Part shown: piece after piece, positions 1 through 12,685 of the stretch
Position numbering within the stretch: the stretch's first letter is position 1
Layout: every line of letters starts with the position of its first letter
NCBI GenBank assembly: GCA_951406725.2
Contig: OX597826.1
Span: 45,508,001-45,572,000, forward strand
Source of the DNA: Octopus vulgaris
Taxonomy: Eukaryota
Length of the DNA stretch: 64,000 bases
Reading direction: 5' to 3'
Notes under the pieces: generated by a model
What the model was told of the DNA's origin: nothing
The model's database searches: none
The model's input: only the letters and a program-made list of their open reading frames with translations
Translations under genes and position numbers: made by a program

Positions 1-175
1 TTCAGCGTGACACAGAATGTGACAAGAAGACCCTTTGAAATACAGCCACTACTCATTTTTTGCCAGCTGAGTGAGCTGGAGCAACGTGAAATAAAGTGGC
101 TTGCTCAAGCACACAACGCGTCACCGGAAATTGATCACACGACCTTATGATCGTGAGCCGAACACCCTAACCCCT
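1..175 (-). mobile_element. tRNA-derived SINE, family D, runs off the window start
   Basis: Reverse complement has a tRNA-like head followed by gtgtgcttgagcaagccactttatttcacgttgctccag; homologous to copies at 41020-41272 and 61313-61570. Confidence 0.75.
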
Positions 176-224
176 ATATATGTATGTGAATGCACGTCTA
201 TGCGTACGTGTGACTGTATGTGGG

Positions 225-420
225 TTCGCGGTTTCCCCCACCCTCGCTTTAAAACTGGTGTTAGTTTGTTTACGTCCACGTAACATAATGTCTCGGCAAA
301 AAAAAGCCGGTAGACTAAACAGAAAACTTTAAAAGTATGTACAGGGGTTCGACATTAATGGACTAAACCTTTCAATACGGTGTCCCAACCTGGCTGCAGG
401 TCAATGATTGAAAGAATGAA
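225..420 (+). mobile_element. SINE family B, degraded 3' half
   Basis: ggtgttagtttgtttacgtccacgtaac...ggggttcgac...tggctgcaggtcaatgattgaaa matches the 3' half of the full copies at 19803 and 46283. Confidence 0.65.
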
Positions 421-649
421 AAAAAATGATAGAAGATAAGAAAGCCTAGCTATGAGAAGAATACAAGAATGCAAGCATTTCCTTCTATGCTTTTTCCCAA
501 CGCATCATTTCACGTTTGTTTATAGCTCTTCAGAGTAATCGTATCCAATTGATGGCATTGTGTATTACCTCCCGTACAGTATCCATCACAGTCCTAGCAA
601 TATATTGGATACTGTAATTCACGCTGTAATGTGTATTAAATATATATTG

Positions 650-1200
650 CTGACCTAAGGACCAGCTGTGTAAAACACAAATGCACAAATTGTGCTACAG
701 GAACCAGAATAAGAGAACGGATATTATCTACCGGCGTGAATCATCTAATCACCTAACGCAGTCTGGAAAGAAATACAGCCAACAGATGAAAAGGCTATTT
801 ATTGGATATGTCTGAAGCGGTTCGTGGACCCTGGGTAGGCACGTAATGTATAGGAGTGAGGTAGGTACCTGTTTGCCTATATTGTTCAATTGGAGCAGTA
901 TTTGAAATCTGCTGATGTTCCCGAGATTGAGGACTTAAAATCGAATGTCGACGGCTAAATACCAGTCAGTTGATCCAGTAGATAACATGTCAGTTCAGTT
1001 CGCTGTAAAATGAGAAGAAGGCCCCAGAACGGTTTGTTTTCTTTTTTTTACTGCCGTCTAGTATACAGATCGTTTGCTTGGCATCACTTGCAAAAGCAAC
1101 CTGCTGACAAGTCTCCAGCATAGAGGCTGCTTATGGACTTACTGTTATATGTAGTAGCTGAACACTCTATGATATCGATTGTGGAATGAAATTTGGTAGT
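650..1200 (-). pseudogene. possible Tc1-type DDE transposase relic
   Basis: Frameshifted minus-strand peptides FSRRHSI..GTSADF..PIEQ resemble the Tc1 motif WPxxSPDLNPIE; heavily decayed. Confidence 0.25.
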
Positions 1201-1655
1201 TTTCTCTGAGGATTACTAAACAAATAGTTAAACGGTCAGTTAAGAGACTTTCCTCCTTATTTCACACAGTAAAAGCACTAAAGAAATATTCTTGCAACAT
1301 ATTTTTGTCATCGCTAATGATTTTCTAGTGCTTACAATTTATTTAAGTACTCCTAACTCACGTTGTGTTCTGCATAAAGTATATATTATTCATATCATGA
1401 CTAATTATTTTCAGAATGCTGAAAAGCATATGTTTATTAAATAAGTTATTTTATCAAGTTTCTTAATTACCGTGAATTTATTCTTTCCTGTTCTACACAT
1501 TAATTCTTAAATGGATATCTTTCCGTTTGTCTTTTTTTTTGCGTGTGAGTGTGAGACTCATTAATCATTACTCCGCCAAGTATAGGTAAGCTATGTTCCC
1601 TAGGGTAAACAAAACTAGGAGCCAGTATGTGACTAGAGTTCTCCTGTACTTTCCA

Positions 1656-1738
<83 letters not shown>

Positions 1739-1772
1739 TGATGATGATGATGGTGGTGATGATGATGATGAT
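1656..1772. repeat. (AAT)n-(GAT)n compound microsatellite
   Basis: Direct reading. Confidence 0.95.
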
Positions 1773-2313
1773 TTCAAATGTTGCCACAAGGGCAGCAATT
1801 TTGGGAGAGGGGATGAGTCGATTAAATCGACCCCAATGTTTAACTGGTAGTTATTTTATCGACCTCGTAAGGATGATGAAAGGTAAGGCGGCGAGCTGGC
1901 AGAAACGTTGGCACGCCGGGCGAAATGCTTAGCGGTATTTCGTCTGCCGTTACGTTCTGAGTTCAAATTCCGCCGAGGTCGACTTTGCCTTTCATCCTTT
2001 CGGGTTCGATAAATTAAGTACCAGTTACACACCAGGGTCGATATAATCGACTTAATCCGTTTGTCTATCCTTGTTTTTCCTCTGTGTTTAGCCCCTTGTG
2101 GGTAGTAAAGAAACAGGCATTTCATCTGCCTTTATGTTCGACTTTGCCTTTCATCCTTTCGGGGTCTATAAATTAAGTACCAGTTGTGTACTGGAGTCGA
2201 TCTAATCAGCAGATCCCATCCCCTAAAATTTCTGGCCTTGCGCCTAGAATAGAAAAAAAAAGAGAATGATGAAAGGTAAAGCTAAAGCCGACCTCGGCAG
2301 AATTTGAGTTCAA
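1772..2313. mobile_element. SINE family A (+, 1885-2262) nested in an older minus-strand family A copy
   Basis: Head ggcggcgagctggcagaaacg and central gcctttcatcctttcggggtcgataaattaagtaccagtt (Nin/Deu-like domain); 14-bp TSD atgatgaaaggtaa at 1873-1886 and 2266-2279. Confidence 0.85.
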
Positions 2314-2432
2314 AGTGAATCATTCAAACCCCCAAAGAATTATTCACGAAAAAATGGTTATGCTGCTCACCCACTATTCCTGTTCGTGATCAGGGACATG
2401 TTGAAGTGTTTACGGTCAAGCAACCGACAAAA

Positions 2433-2496
<64 letters not shown>

Positions 2497-2517
2497 CCAC
2501 CACCATCATCATCATCA

Positions 2518-2587
<70 letters not shown>

Positions 2588-3370
2588 CAAAGCAGTGAGG
2601 TGGCAGAATCGTTAGCACGTCGGGCGAAATGCTAATTGGTATTTCGCCCGTTGCTACGTTCTGAGCTCAAATTCTGCCGATGTCGGCTTTGCCTTTCATC
2701 CTTTCGGGGTCGATTAAATAAGTACCAGTTACGCACTGGGGTCGATATAATCGACTTAATCCGTTTGTCTGTCCATTTTTGCTCTCTCTGTGCTTAGCCC
2801 CTTTTGGGTAGTAAAGATGAGATGAATACCTATTTCTTTACTACCCACCAAGGGGCTAAGCACAGAGAGAACAAACAAGGACAGACAAACGGATTAAGCC
2901 GATCCTATCGAACCCAGTGCGTAACTGGTACTTATTTAATCGACCCCGAAAGGATGAAAGGCAAAGTCGACATCGGCGGAATTTGAACTCAGAACGTAGC
3001 AGCGGGCGAAATACCAATTAGCATTTCGCCCGGCGTACTAACGATTCTGCCACCTCACTGCTTTGATAATAATAATAATGATGATAATAGGTATGATAAA
3101 AAAGAGATGTCAGAAACACCTAGACAATATCCTTGGAGAACCAATGTCTCAAGGAAATCCAAAAGATTGTGCTAACAAGTACTGCCCACATCCTTAGAAA
3201 AACCCTATCAATGTAAATGTTTGTGTTTGTATTACATGGAGATATTTCTCTACTACCCCTCCCCAAGCTTTCAGCTATATTTCAACAACTCTTAACCTTC
3301 ACTTGCCCTAGGGCGCTAGGTGTGTCTCGGCAAGTGATTGCATCAAACATGCAGATTAAAAGTAAATGAC

Positions 3371-3444
<74 letters not shown>

Positions 3445-3594
3445 TGGTGGTGATGATGATGATGATGATGATTTTTTTTGTCGGTTGCTTGACCGTAAAC
3501 ACTTCAACATGCCCCTGATCACGAACAGGAATAGTGGGTGAGCAGCATAACCATTTTTTCGTGAATAATTCTTTGGGGGTTTGAATGATTCACT
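2314..3594. repeat. large inverted duplication (fold-back palindrome) centred near 2820-2830
   Basis: Left arm 2314-2817 (unique segment, (ATC)/(ATT) tract, SINE A) is the near reverse complement of 2835-3594 once the insertion at 3088-3370 is removed. Confidence 0.92.
3088..3370 (+). mobile_element. 5'-truncated R4/Dong-clade non-LTR retrotransposon, family 1
   Basis: Encodes GMIKKRCQKHLDNI.GEP/LKEIQKIVLTSTAHILRKTLSM* (stop 3214-3216), the C-terminal motif of RLE-bearing R4/Dong elements; AAT repeats on both sides. Confidence 0.7.
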
Positions 3595-3872
3595 CTGGAA
3601 ACATGTTATTTCGTTTACCATCGCCAAACAAACCTTATTCAGAGATCTTTCGAGTGGGATGGACTACTCGACCTAAAGAAAATTCTAACTCGGCCCGTAC
3701 CTGCAAAATCATGCACTGCTTATCTTGATGTGAGGTCAACATGTCGCACACACATGGTTGTAACGCATGAGCCTGGTGTGCAGTTATCAGACGGGTAGTC
3801 ATGATGGGTATATTGGGTTTCGTATATCTGTATCCAGCGTAATTTTTCTTTCGCGTGCTGCTCTCTCACTGA
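3471..3872 (+). mobile_element. unclassified interspersed repeat, possibly a non-LTR 3' UTR
   Basis: Non-coding ~400-bp block between (GAT)n and (CAT)/(AAT)n tracts; its first ~120 bp are duplicated in inverted form at 2314-2436. Confidence 0.35.
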
Positions 3873-3905
3873 ATGATGACAACAGCAACCATCATCATCA
3901 TCATC

Positions 3906-3983
<78 letters not shown>

Positions 3984-3986
<3 letters not shown>

Positions 3987-4184
3987 CAAAAACACCAGGA
4001 CTTACAAACACATATAACATACAGAAAATTGCACTACTAGGCACTGCCCACATCCTACGCAGAACACTTTCCATACAATAACCATCAGAGCATCACAACA
4101 AATCACAGCACATACCCAAGGCACACAGAGCTGCGCTCGGTAGTGAAGTGAAAGCACGCTATAAAAATAAAAATAAAACTACTG
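3984..4184 (+). mobile_element. 5'-truncated R4/Dong-clade non-LTR retrotransposon, family 2
   Basis: Encodes KTPGLTNTYNIQKIALLGTAHILRRTLSIQ* (stop 4079-4081) plus a 3' UTR, embedded in (TAA)n. Confidence 0.75.
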
Positions 4185-4580
4185 AATAATAATAATAATA
4201 ATGATAATAATTACAGTCAAGCGATATTTTATATATTGTGTATATCTTTTCCTAACTGCAGAACTATTTCGATTTAACTTTTTTAATACTCGATGCATTA
4301 AATAGGTTAACACTAACTTAACTTATCTATTGTGTCCGCGTAGTTGATGACCCTGAGTTATTTAATTTCTGCAGTAAACTTGTTTACTTAGCTGATATAA
4401 AACGTTCTCAAACGCGTCTCTTGCATTCATGAGCTATGCTTTCGGTAAAGTTCAGCAAAGTGGAAATTTTATCAATAGACATTTTGTTAAACGCTTAGTT
4501 TTATATTTTTTTAACCGAAAAACAAGTTGATTTGTGCAAACACTATAATATCACACTGTTATTGTATTGTTTTGCTTTAC

Positions 4581-5114
4581 AGACCAATGGTAGATACAAA
4601 GAAACTAGAAAAAAAACATCATTTCAGAGAAAAAAAAACATCATTTCAAACAAGAATTTTTGTTAGATATTGACTCATGACTTGTAAAACAAGACCATTG
4701 GAAAAAAAAATTAGTATTTTATTGCGTGATAACTTCCCATTGAAAATTTAATTTATATTTTTCCTAGCTTCCATTCTCCTTGATTGACTTGAACCTGTAT
4801 CTTTTTCCTTTGAAGTTTAATACCAAATTAATGATTCTGTTAGTCTGGCAAAGAGAGGACATTTTTGATTTTAACGATTCTTCCCAGTAAAAGGAAATGA
4901 TAGGTGGAATGGTTCAATAGATCAGAAAAGAGATGACCAAAGATTAAAATGGTTGGTTAATCAAAATAATAGAACAAAGACCATAACTTTCTGTTTCTGA
5001 AAGCTGAAGCTGAAATATTAAGTGTGGGCTGTTTGTGTCTCTCAAAGAGAATGAGAATTAGTACCTTGTGTGGTTTCATAATAGGTCTGCTATTCTCAAC
5101 GGAGAGAAACTCAG
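4581..5114 (-). CDS. candidate micro-exons 5065-5114, 4795-4844, 4581-4604 of an unknown gene
   Basis: GT-AG bounded and phase-compatible: EFLSVENSRPIMKPHK|TNRIINLVLNFKGKRY|SFFVSTIGL. Donors are weak and no homology was recognised. Confidence 0.2.
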
Positions 5115-5757
5115 CTGCCAAAATTTAAATAAATCCGTAAATTTCAAATAAAATGCCGTCAGTTATCGCGACTATAGGCTGGCTGTCCTCCGAACATAAT
5201 CTGTTCATGGTGATTAAAACTTTAATCAACACCATTGCTTCATACAAATATCACACGAAGAGTAACAATATAATGAACATGCACGTGACGAAAGTAATTT
5301 ATTTACTAAATCACATAGCTTCAGAACTAAATACTTTGCGTAAATGTTCTCATATAATTGTACGTGAAACTGAAACGGAGTGGGCCGTAGACACCAATAA
5401 AATATCAAGAAGGATATGATAAACAATAGTAGATCCATTCATTATCATTTGCTTATAGCATTTTCAATTCTTCAATCTATCCTCAAAGTTGCTGAGTAGG
5501 TTCAAACTCGATATTTCATTGATAATTTCAAGAGATTAAAACACGTGTTCACCTAGTTCAAATTCTACTCAAGCCAACGTTAATTTATCTCGCTTTAAAC
5601 AGCAGTGTCGTCCTGTCCAGAAAAGAGATAAGATTTGATGTTCAGAAAACTACAATCTCTCACATTGTCTTGCACGCTATATACAAACACATACACAACA
5701 CAAGACACACACGCAAGCACACATATACACACACGCGCGCGCACAAACACATACACT

Positions 5758-5805
<48 letters not shown>

Positions 5806-5807
5806 CA

Positions 5808-5843
<36 letters not shown>

Positions 5844-5938
5844 TGTATGTATGTATGTATGTATGTATACATACATACATATATATATATTCCTTATAAA
5901 TTTTGAATTTCTCCGTCTAGAACTTTCATATATATATT

Positions 5939-6014
5939 GTCTCTGGTGACGGAATATCCAGTGTACGGACATGCTAGCCTATCACTTGGAATATTTCAGA
6001 AATAGCTGTAAGAC
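5939..6014 (+). ncRNA. degenerate type-I hammerhead ribozyme in a Penelope-like pLTR relic (5890-6250)
   Basis: GTCT-CTGGTGA-long stem II-GAAA-TAGCTG-TA-AGAC; stem I is GTCT/AGAC; core has an A6G change. Confidence 0.55.
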
Positions 6015-6249
6015 TTCAAATTTACCCAAATTAAATTATTCTAAATGACTTGAGATACTCGTCCTGCTTTGGTTTTTGTTGCCCTTCCCCCCCCCCAATA
6101 GAAAATACACCTGTTAACACGGAATCTTAATACGGATCCCTAGCTCCAGCCTCAGCTGTGAACTTCGGACCTAACGGATGATCAATTATAACACTTACCC
6201 AACGTACCTATTCGTTTAGATCACCAGACCACCAGTGAACTAAACCGAC

Positions 6250-6461
6250 ACACAAACATATACACACACATACATATATAGCTATATACATACATACATA
6301 CCGCGGGCTTCTTTCAGTTTACGTTTACCAAATCCACTTACAAGGCTTTAGTCGGCCCGAAGCTATTGTAGAAGACACTTAGACACATGCCCAAGGTGCC
6401 ACGCAGTGGGACTGAACCCGGAACCATATGGTTCGTAAGCAAGTTACTTACCACACAGCCG

Positions 6462-6462
<1 letters not shown>
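6250..6462 (-). mobile_element. SINE family B, 5' half
   Basis: Reverse complement ggctgtgtggtaagtaacttgc...ggttcagtcccactgcgtggcaccttgggca (tRNA head plus CORE-like motif). Confidence 0.85.
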
Positions 6463-6501
<39 letters not shown>

Positions 6502-6595
6502 AAAATAAAGTCAAAATAATCGGCCGAACTGTCCGTCTCTCTCTAACCTCGTGTTGATATTTACCGTGCAGTTCGACAAATTATATTTTTGACGT

Positions 6596-6670
6596 ACTCT
6601 ACTGAAGATTCAAAGATATTTATGTAAGTAAATTACATAATATATTAACGATGAAACAATTGTATAGGGT
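6596..6670 (+). ncRNA. type-I hammerhead ribozyme with intact core, in a (TA)n-embedded element 6497-6825
   Basis: ACTCTA-CTGAAGA-stem II (inner TTATGTAA/TTACATAA)-GAAA-CAATTG-TA-TAGGGT; 6-bp stem I, palindromic stem III, predicted cut after GUA at 6664. Confidence 0.7.
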
Positions 6671-6824
6671 TAATCTATTTTCGTTATTTTTCATTTGTCC
6701 TGCTCGCTTACGTTCTTGGTGTGTTGAATTATTTCTTGAGAACAATTCTTAGTGGTGGATTCCCTTTGCGGATCTATATCTAGCGCAAGAGCGTCCACAT
6801 AGTGGACTCTCTCTTATAGTTGTG

Positions 6825-6872
6825 TATATATATATATATATATATATATAAAGAGAGAGAGAGAGAGAGAAA

Positions 6873-6958
<86 letters not shown>
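6825..6958. repeat. (TA)n-(GA)n-(GATA)n microsatellite
   Basis: Direct reading. Confidence 0.95.
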
Positions 6959-7309
6959 GTGTGTTCGCGTTCGTGTGCGTATATAGTGTACAATGAAACA
7001 TTGAAATGTATTTCGGTATACGTTAATCATTTCACGCATTGTATTTTTCATAGTTATGTCACATGACCACTACATAATATATTCCTGCACGTAATTAGTT
7101 TAATTATACATATGTGATATTATAATATTTCAACTCAGATATTGTATTGCAATTACTGAATAATATTAGATATTAGTATAATTAAATTCTTTATACTCAT
7201 TAATTCAATACACGTCCATGTACCTTAATGAATTTGCCAAATTAACCTAACTGGCTGCAAGAAAATAATGAACTGAACTGAACATCCATTTTCTCTTTCC
7301 TTACCTGTC

Positions 7310-7490
<181 letters not shown>

Positions 7491-8185
7491 AATATTTCTG
7501 TCTCTTTGACTGTCTGTCTATCAATTTCTGTATCCATTTATCTGTTCATCACATTTATTATTCCATCACATCTCTCTCTTTTTCTCTACCTCTCCCACAC
7601 TTTTTTTCTTATTGTATTTATCTATTCCATAAGTGATAAAAATCATATTCAACAGCAACTATATAAAGACATAATGAATCGACATATTTCAGGCTGTTTT
7701 TTGCCACAAGTAATAAAGCCAAATGACAAAACACTAAAGAACAAACGTGATCAGTATAAAACGGCAGGAATACAAAGATCGATAACTGTCTAATATAAGA
7801 TTAAAAGTTAGCTCTTACCATTACGACTTTTTTTTATGATATGACGTGATCAATTTTCATACGGAAACTGCATAAACAACTGAATTGACAAAATATGTAT
7901 TACTGGAAGTTATTATTTGATCGACCCCTGTTGCTTGACGAGGTAAAAAAAAAAGTGGAGACAGGAGTCAGATTATGGATGTGAATAGAAACTGATGGAT
8001 TAAAGATTCCAGTCAACATTCTACCACTTGCTGAGGTCTGAGTACTGAATGAATTATGTATAAGAACCCACTACGTACATTCATACATACATACATACAT
8101 ACATACATACATACATACATACATACATACATACATACATACATACATAGGTACGTACATACACACACATATATATACATATATA

Positions 8186-8375
8186 TAGGGGGAGAATTCA
8201 CAAAAAAAAACGAAAGACAAAGGGAGGTGGTGTAGACAACAAACAGATGTATTAGTATAACGCTTGGGAAGTGAAAAGTCTTTAACGTTTCGAGCCTACG
8301 CTCTTCCACAGAAGGGAACACAGAAAGAAACAAGGAGAGAAAATAAAGAAAATGTAGTGGCTAGCGATCTATCAG
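8186..8375 (-). mobile_element. short (TA)n-embedded Penelope-like element with an HHR-like motif
   Basis: Reverse complement CTGTGGA-AGAGC-GTAG-GCTC-GAAA-CG-TT-AAAG at 8281-8314; second copy at 40282-40455, relative at 62672-62875. Confidence 0.6.
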
Positions 8376-8459
8376 TATATATATACCCAAATGTATATAT
8401 GTGTGTGTGTTTGTGTTTGTGTGTGTGTGTGTGTATGTGTATGTATGTATGTTTTTGTA

Positions 8460-8500
<41 letters not shown>

Positions 8501-8708
8501 ATGAATGTATGTGTGTGTTTGTGTGTATTTGATAACTCTATAGCTCTATATGACAAAGTTTCGTGGACGTGTGAGAGAGCCCGCTTCATCTCTTGATATC
8601 TAATGAGATAGGTTCTTATATATCCACGGAGTTAAAGCTGTTATGAATATATGTAAATACTTATCAAATGTGCTGAGTGATCTCTTCTTTTCATTTGTTC
8701 ATTCACTC

Positions 8709-8777
<69 letters not shown>

Positions 8778-8994
8778 TTATGAGAGGTAATAGTGTCAAG
8801 AAGAACCAAAGGTGTCAGGTAGTGCTGAGTTAGTGCTATGGATAAACTATAGTTAAGTTCCAGGTTCGGTGATTATGCGAATGAGGAGTCCAACGTAGGT
8901 CATATATCAGCATGTGTATATATATAGAAAAATTAACAGAATGAGATGAAAATTCAAGGCTGTGAAAGATTTCAGAACATTTATAAAGAGAAGT

Positions 8995-9040
8995 TCTTAC
9001 AGCTGTTTCCGGGATATTTTATATATCCTTTCATCGGAGA
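8995..9040 (-). ncRNA. hammerhead-like motif in a Penelope-like pLTR relic (~8928-9180)
   Basis: Reverse complement TCT-CCGATGA-AAGGATAT ATAAA ATATCCCG-GAAA-CAGCTG-TA-AGA. Confidence 0.55.
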
Positions 9041-9246
9041 CGGTGTGATAAAGTATTTAAGCAATAGTTATTCTAGAGAAGATATGAAATAGAGAGTGAA
9101 GTGGAGGAGTGAAAACAGACGTGAGATACGCAGGGATATTGTATCTGCAGATCCATTATTTAAGCAGAATGGTATACATATAAGTTACCTGTACCTTGTG
9201 TGTAAGTTCCAGTAGTATTTAAAACAGTATTTAAAATTAGTCACGA

Positions 9247-9900
9247 CGTTGTTTATATAAACTATAAAGATGAACGGACCCAAGACAGTCCCCCGAGGAA
9301 CACCACAGGTGACTTTTCTGAGCTTCAGTGGATTCCACGGATCACAATATGTGTTCTGTTCATCAGGAAATACTTAATCCAGTGTAGACTGGAGAATATT
9401 GTGGTCGACCCTGTCTAACGCTTTGCTGAAGTCAAGGAATATAACATCAGAGTTCGAACCTGATCCCAAGATTTTAAGGACATCATCGATGTGATGCAAG
9501 AGCTGTGATAGGCGGTCCTTGTCACAGCGAAATCCCTGCTGGCTGGAACTTAGAAAGTTGTGGCTCTTCAGGAAGCCACCCTTTCAAGCACTTTGATGAT
9601 ATGCTAAGTGAGAGAGATTTGGCGGTAGTTAACTGCAAGAGATCTGTTTCTCTTTGTAAAGACTATGGAGGCGGATTTGGATAAGATCAGTTTCACTTTA
9701 TAGCCTAAGTCTAAAGAATTTCTCCAGAGGTTGGTTAGAGGGATTACAAGTTGGTGTCTATATATTTTCAGGACATTAGCGGAGAATCTATCGGGGCCTG
9801 CAGCAGAGTAGCACTTGAATTAATTTCTTGCTGTTATGACGTATGAGGCAGTAAAAGTTGTGTTTTAGATAATATGATGAAGATTGAGTTCGTTCAGATC
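9247..9900 (-). pseudogene. CR1/L2-group LINE reverse transcriptase fragment
   Basis: Minus strand encodes SAAGPDRF, NYRQISL, QQGFR, DVIFLDFSKALDRVDHNI and GVPRGTVLGPFIFIVYIN, with stops and frameshifts. Confidence 0.9.
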
Positions 9901-10450
9901 ACTTGCGTCAATATAACTGGGATCACTAAAGACAGAGCGGTACTGTTTCTGCAGTACTTCTGCCATTTCTTTACCGTCATGCTGGAGAAAGATGTTATCA
10001 TCTGTGAATAAAACACTTTCGGATTCTGGGGTTTTTTTCTTCTTTTTGAGTGTGTGATTACTGTTTTTTCTCTGTAGCTCTTTGATTGTTGATGTAGATT
10101 TTCATGCTGATTTGTAGATAAAGTTTTTCCAACCCAAGCCTTCTTATTGCTATTGAACATGGATGCACTTGACAGTAGAATTTCAACTTGTCGAGTATAT
10201 ATATTGAAAAGTGAAAAAAAAATCTCGAATGCATAATATCTGTGAAAAAAACTTCGAAGGTAAGATAAAATACCCTAATAGACTGGAAAAAGTGGCCATT
10301 TCGATTCTCTATACTGGTTTTTCTAGCCATTTCCTTTTCAGTGGATAAAGGTATTATACCGGTCCTCTGAGGTGGTTTTATAGCTCTTCTCTAGCGTTCG
10401 TGATCTCCTTCATTTGTAAAATAGCAAATAATATATATATATATATATAT

Positions 10451-10839
10451 CTGTCTCTTTTCAAAGCTCGTCTTTCCAGCGTTCACCACTTCACATCGTC
10501 TTGGCTTAACAGCCCTCACCGTTTGTTGTTATTGTTTTGTTCTCGCTGTCCTGTTTTTGTTACCACTTTCACCTTCCGCAAAAAATCCCAAATTTTATTT
10601 AATTTGCTTTGCGGGAAGGACTGTTTTAACGAAGTCACGTCTTGTCCTTACCTTTCAAACGCGGAGTAGATAAAACAGGGACAACTGATGAAGGGAATGT
10701 TCTTTATGTTGCATGTCTTGTTTCTCTGGGTTTTTATTTTTCGTTGTTCGAAAAAGAGTTCGTTTTCTATGTTTTTGTTTTTTATGTTCTCGTTTCTCAT
10801 TTTGTCTACGTTTTTTGATGTCCTGTACCCATATATGCA
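10451..10839 (+). mobile_element. (TA)n-embedded Penelope-like element with CTGATGA at 10685-10691
   Basis: Diverged inverted relative at 11110-11290 shares the end tgcatatatgggtaca and the segment gagtagat...aactgatgaa. Confidence 0.5.
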
Positions 10840-11109
10840 TTATCATATATATATATATATATATGTAGATATGTACATATATGTATGTATATAGACATAT
10901 ATTTATATATTATTTATATTATATATATATATATATATATATTTGAGTAGTTGAATGAATTATCGTATTATGGATAATTCGGTTAACCGATACCTGGGTA
11001 GCAAATTCACATTGCAATTAGGGATATGCAGCCTTCGAAACATATGTCGAAAATAAAGGAATTTTGTTAATTCGTCGTTCAACTCCATTCTTTCATATAT
11101 ATATATATA

Positions 11110-11290
11110 TGCATATATGGGTACAAGACGTCACAAAACGTAAACACCATGAAATACGAAGGCAAACTTGGGTATTCGAACAACGAGAGAAGCAAATGGA
11201 AAACAAGACAAGTAACATAAAGACCTTTCATCAGTTATTGGCTGTTCATCTACTCAACATTTGGAGCAATTAACGATAATATGAGGCTTA
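11110..11290 (-). mobile_element. second, inverted copy of the 10451-10839 family
   Basis: Reverse-complement similarity to 10640-10839. Confidence 0.55.
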
Positions 11291-11374
11291 TACATGCATT
11301 CATTGCATACATATGTATTTGAGTAAGTATTAGTTTGGAAGGAATGCCGTTGTCGCTTTCTTACATGAACTGTT

Positions 11375-12333
11375 TAATCACGATAGTATTTCTGCTCATT
11401 ATTGATAACGTAATCCCCATCTATATGGCAAACTATTGATCCTTCCGATGTAAAAATTCTTCAGGTTTTGAAACAGAGAAACATCCACTTCAGTTTTCCC
11501 TCTAACTATTATTTCAATGATCTGAAGATGATAGTCAGATGGAGCAATGTCAGGAGAGTAAGGAGACTGAAGCTGATCTTCTAAATTTAATGCTTGAACG
11601 ACTTATACAATATATGGACTGTCATTATCGTATAAAAGCAACGATTGACCTTTTACGATTAACAAGTGATTGACGCTTTTACTACAAAGTTTTGTGACGA
11701 CAGTACTTCTGTATTAACTTCATCGAATCGGTTTAACAATTCATGATTGACGATATCCTTCATATCTCACCAAACTGAACATAAAGTTTTATGGGTGTAG
11801 TCCTGGTTTGGGGTTGGCTTTCCCTTTTATATTGGATGGTAGCCATTGTCGTTTTCGTTGAATATGGTTATAGATAGAGAACCCACTTTTCATTTCTGAT
11901 AATGATTCTAACCAGGAAATGTTCTGTGGCAAGTCTGCTCAACAATGACTAAAAGAAGACAACTCTTTGATTAAGCGAAGACGCAGTCACATGTCGAAGG
12001 ACACACTGACAAAGTCTACACACTTTTCCTGGTTCATAAAAGTGTTTTATGATCAATCTATGACTCGAATTGAGTTGTTTTGCTAATTCACATGTAGTTT
12101 GTTTTGGATTTTCGTCATTTATGGTTTTCGGAAGCTCAATATTGGTAGAATACGGCCGAGGGAAAACTACGAGTGTAAAAATTTTCCCAACGAAACTGGC
12201 AAAAAACAGGGGTGACAAGTCCAGACACTTAAAGCTCCAGTTCCGAAAACTGAATGAATATTTCTTGCAGCTTACTTTACCAAAGAGCCTATTTTGAATT
12301 CATACAGTCTGCAATATCTGATCGAAACTCATT
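11375..12333 (-). pseudogene. mariner transposase pseudogene, near full length
   Basis: Colinear minus-strand motifs LYEFK..AARNIHSVFG, GKVCRL.QCVLRHV, FLVRIIIRNEKWVLY, LLLYDNDSPY, PYSPDIAPSDYHL, SKPEEF; many stops and frameshifts. Confidence 0.88.
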
Positions 12334-12635
12334 TTAAAAGAGTAAAATCGATAAGAATTTAACCCCTACCTTATAAAGTAATCGGCAAAGAAAGATAGGA
12401 ACGTTAGAATATAAAAGTCGATGGTTATTTTACAGTAGGTATTGACAAAACATCTTCAAGTTGATATATGCGCAAACGAATATACATGTATGTATGTATG
12501 TATGTATGTATGTATGTATGTATGCATGTATGTATGTATGTATGTATGTATGTATGTATGTATGTATGTATCTATCTATCTATCTATCTGTCTATCTATC
12601 TATCTGTCTATCTATATATATATATCTATATCTAT

Positions 12636-12685
<50 letters not shown>

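Noticed and set aside
5157-5200. Extra minus-strand exon LCSEDSQPIVAITD in phase with 5065-5114
   Set aside because: Needs a GC donor and a 42-nt intron, which is implausibly short.
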